DNA from: Stegostoma tigrinum | Lineage: Eukaryota | Direction: 5' to 3' | NCBI RefSeq assembly: GCF_030684315.1 | Contig: NC_081383.1 | Coordinates: 22,737,942-22,801,941 of the forward strand | Length of the DNA stretch: 64,000 bases | Part shown: positions 63,189 through 64,000 of the stretch, in pieces | How the letters are laid out: every line of letters begins with the position of its first letter | How positions within the stretch are numbered: the first letter of the stretch is position 1 | Program-made: the position numbers and the translations under genes | The notes under the pieces: generated by a model | Databases searched by the model: none | Told to the model about the DNA's origin: nothing | What the model saw: only the letters and a program-made list of their open reading frames with translations

Positions 63189-64000
63189 ACTTTTTTTAAA
63201 AATGTGACTCAGAAAATTTTAGTTATAGTTTCATTAAATTTCCATTCTATTTCGCTGCATAAGAAAATAGCAATTTTTACAACAAATCTGACCTGAAAGG
63301 TTCTGAAGGAAAATATTTACTGAGCGCACATAAAAAAAATTATGACACTGCAGACGGGCAGTGCTGCATTTGGTCTCATACTGATGGATTAATTCATCAC
63401 CATGCCCACAATGTGTGGGGAAGTGTTGTGACAGACAGCACACATTCTCAAAATGAAATGTTTCCAACAATTTGAATAGTCAACCCTTTTTTCTTCATTT
63501 TCCTTGTCTGAATTTGGTGCTATCACACTATTCCAGTGGAAGGTGCACTGGGTTGATACAGGTGGAAAGATACATTGATTGGGGTTGGTTGCAAAAGCAG
63601 ACTGACAATGATCCAACAGAAGGACTTAGGTTGAAATGAAATTTCAATTTTACGCAGTTACTTTTATCAGCAGCATCACAAGAATATTTCTTGTGGGGTG
63701 TGCACTTGTTTTTTCAGAGACCAATTAGGGAGACTGCAAGCATTCAAATGCCTCTTTTCAATGTTACATTATGTCACCCTCTCACCTATTCTGCTTGCCA
63801 ATATAAGTACACGCAGGCTCACTTGCTAACACACAATTCCATAAAACACACAAACAGAACTTCAGTCACCTGTTCACACATGTTGTTAAATACATCAACT
63901 CCACAAGAATGTACCTGTTAGTTGTTGAAAGCTTTGGAACGTGCCTGCCTTTTCCAATGGTAAGTTATGCATACATGGTAAGCAGTCTATAAATATAATT

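Overview
Repeat-rich, AT-rich vertebrate genomic DNA. The repeat families (HE1/V-SINEs, a Deu-domain SINE, HER1/CR1 LINEs) point to a shark or other elasmobranch; this is inference. No host protein-coding exon could be identified with confidence, so the window looks like a large intron or intergenic region. Most ORFs in the track are transposon debris or chance. Contents: many decayed CR1 and L2 LINE fragments, at least four tRNA-derived SINE families, and one decayed full-structure Gypsy LTR retrotransposon (58130-62151) in a three-level nest. There is also a young 5'-truncated Penelope-like element (PLE) with an open GIY-YIG frame (32654-33518). The most striking structure is about a dozen short PLE-terminus elements from three families, most with minimal hammerhead-ribozyme motifs or their remnants. 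Several are fold-back palindromes with target-site duplications (TSDs) and a constant ~40-nt unpaired tail. Also notable: a LINE whose 5' end is the same tRNA-derived head and body as a local SINE family (46113-48777), an orphan 55-bp hairpin (34109-34238), and a repeat-free promoter/first-exon-like block (26.6-27.3 kb). Repeat family names come from recognition by eye, not database searches, and boundaries of old repeats are approximate.
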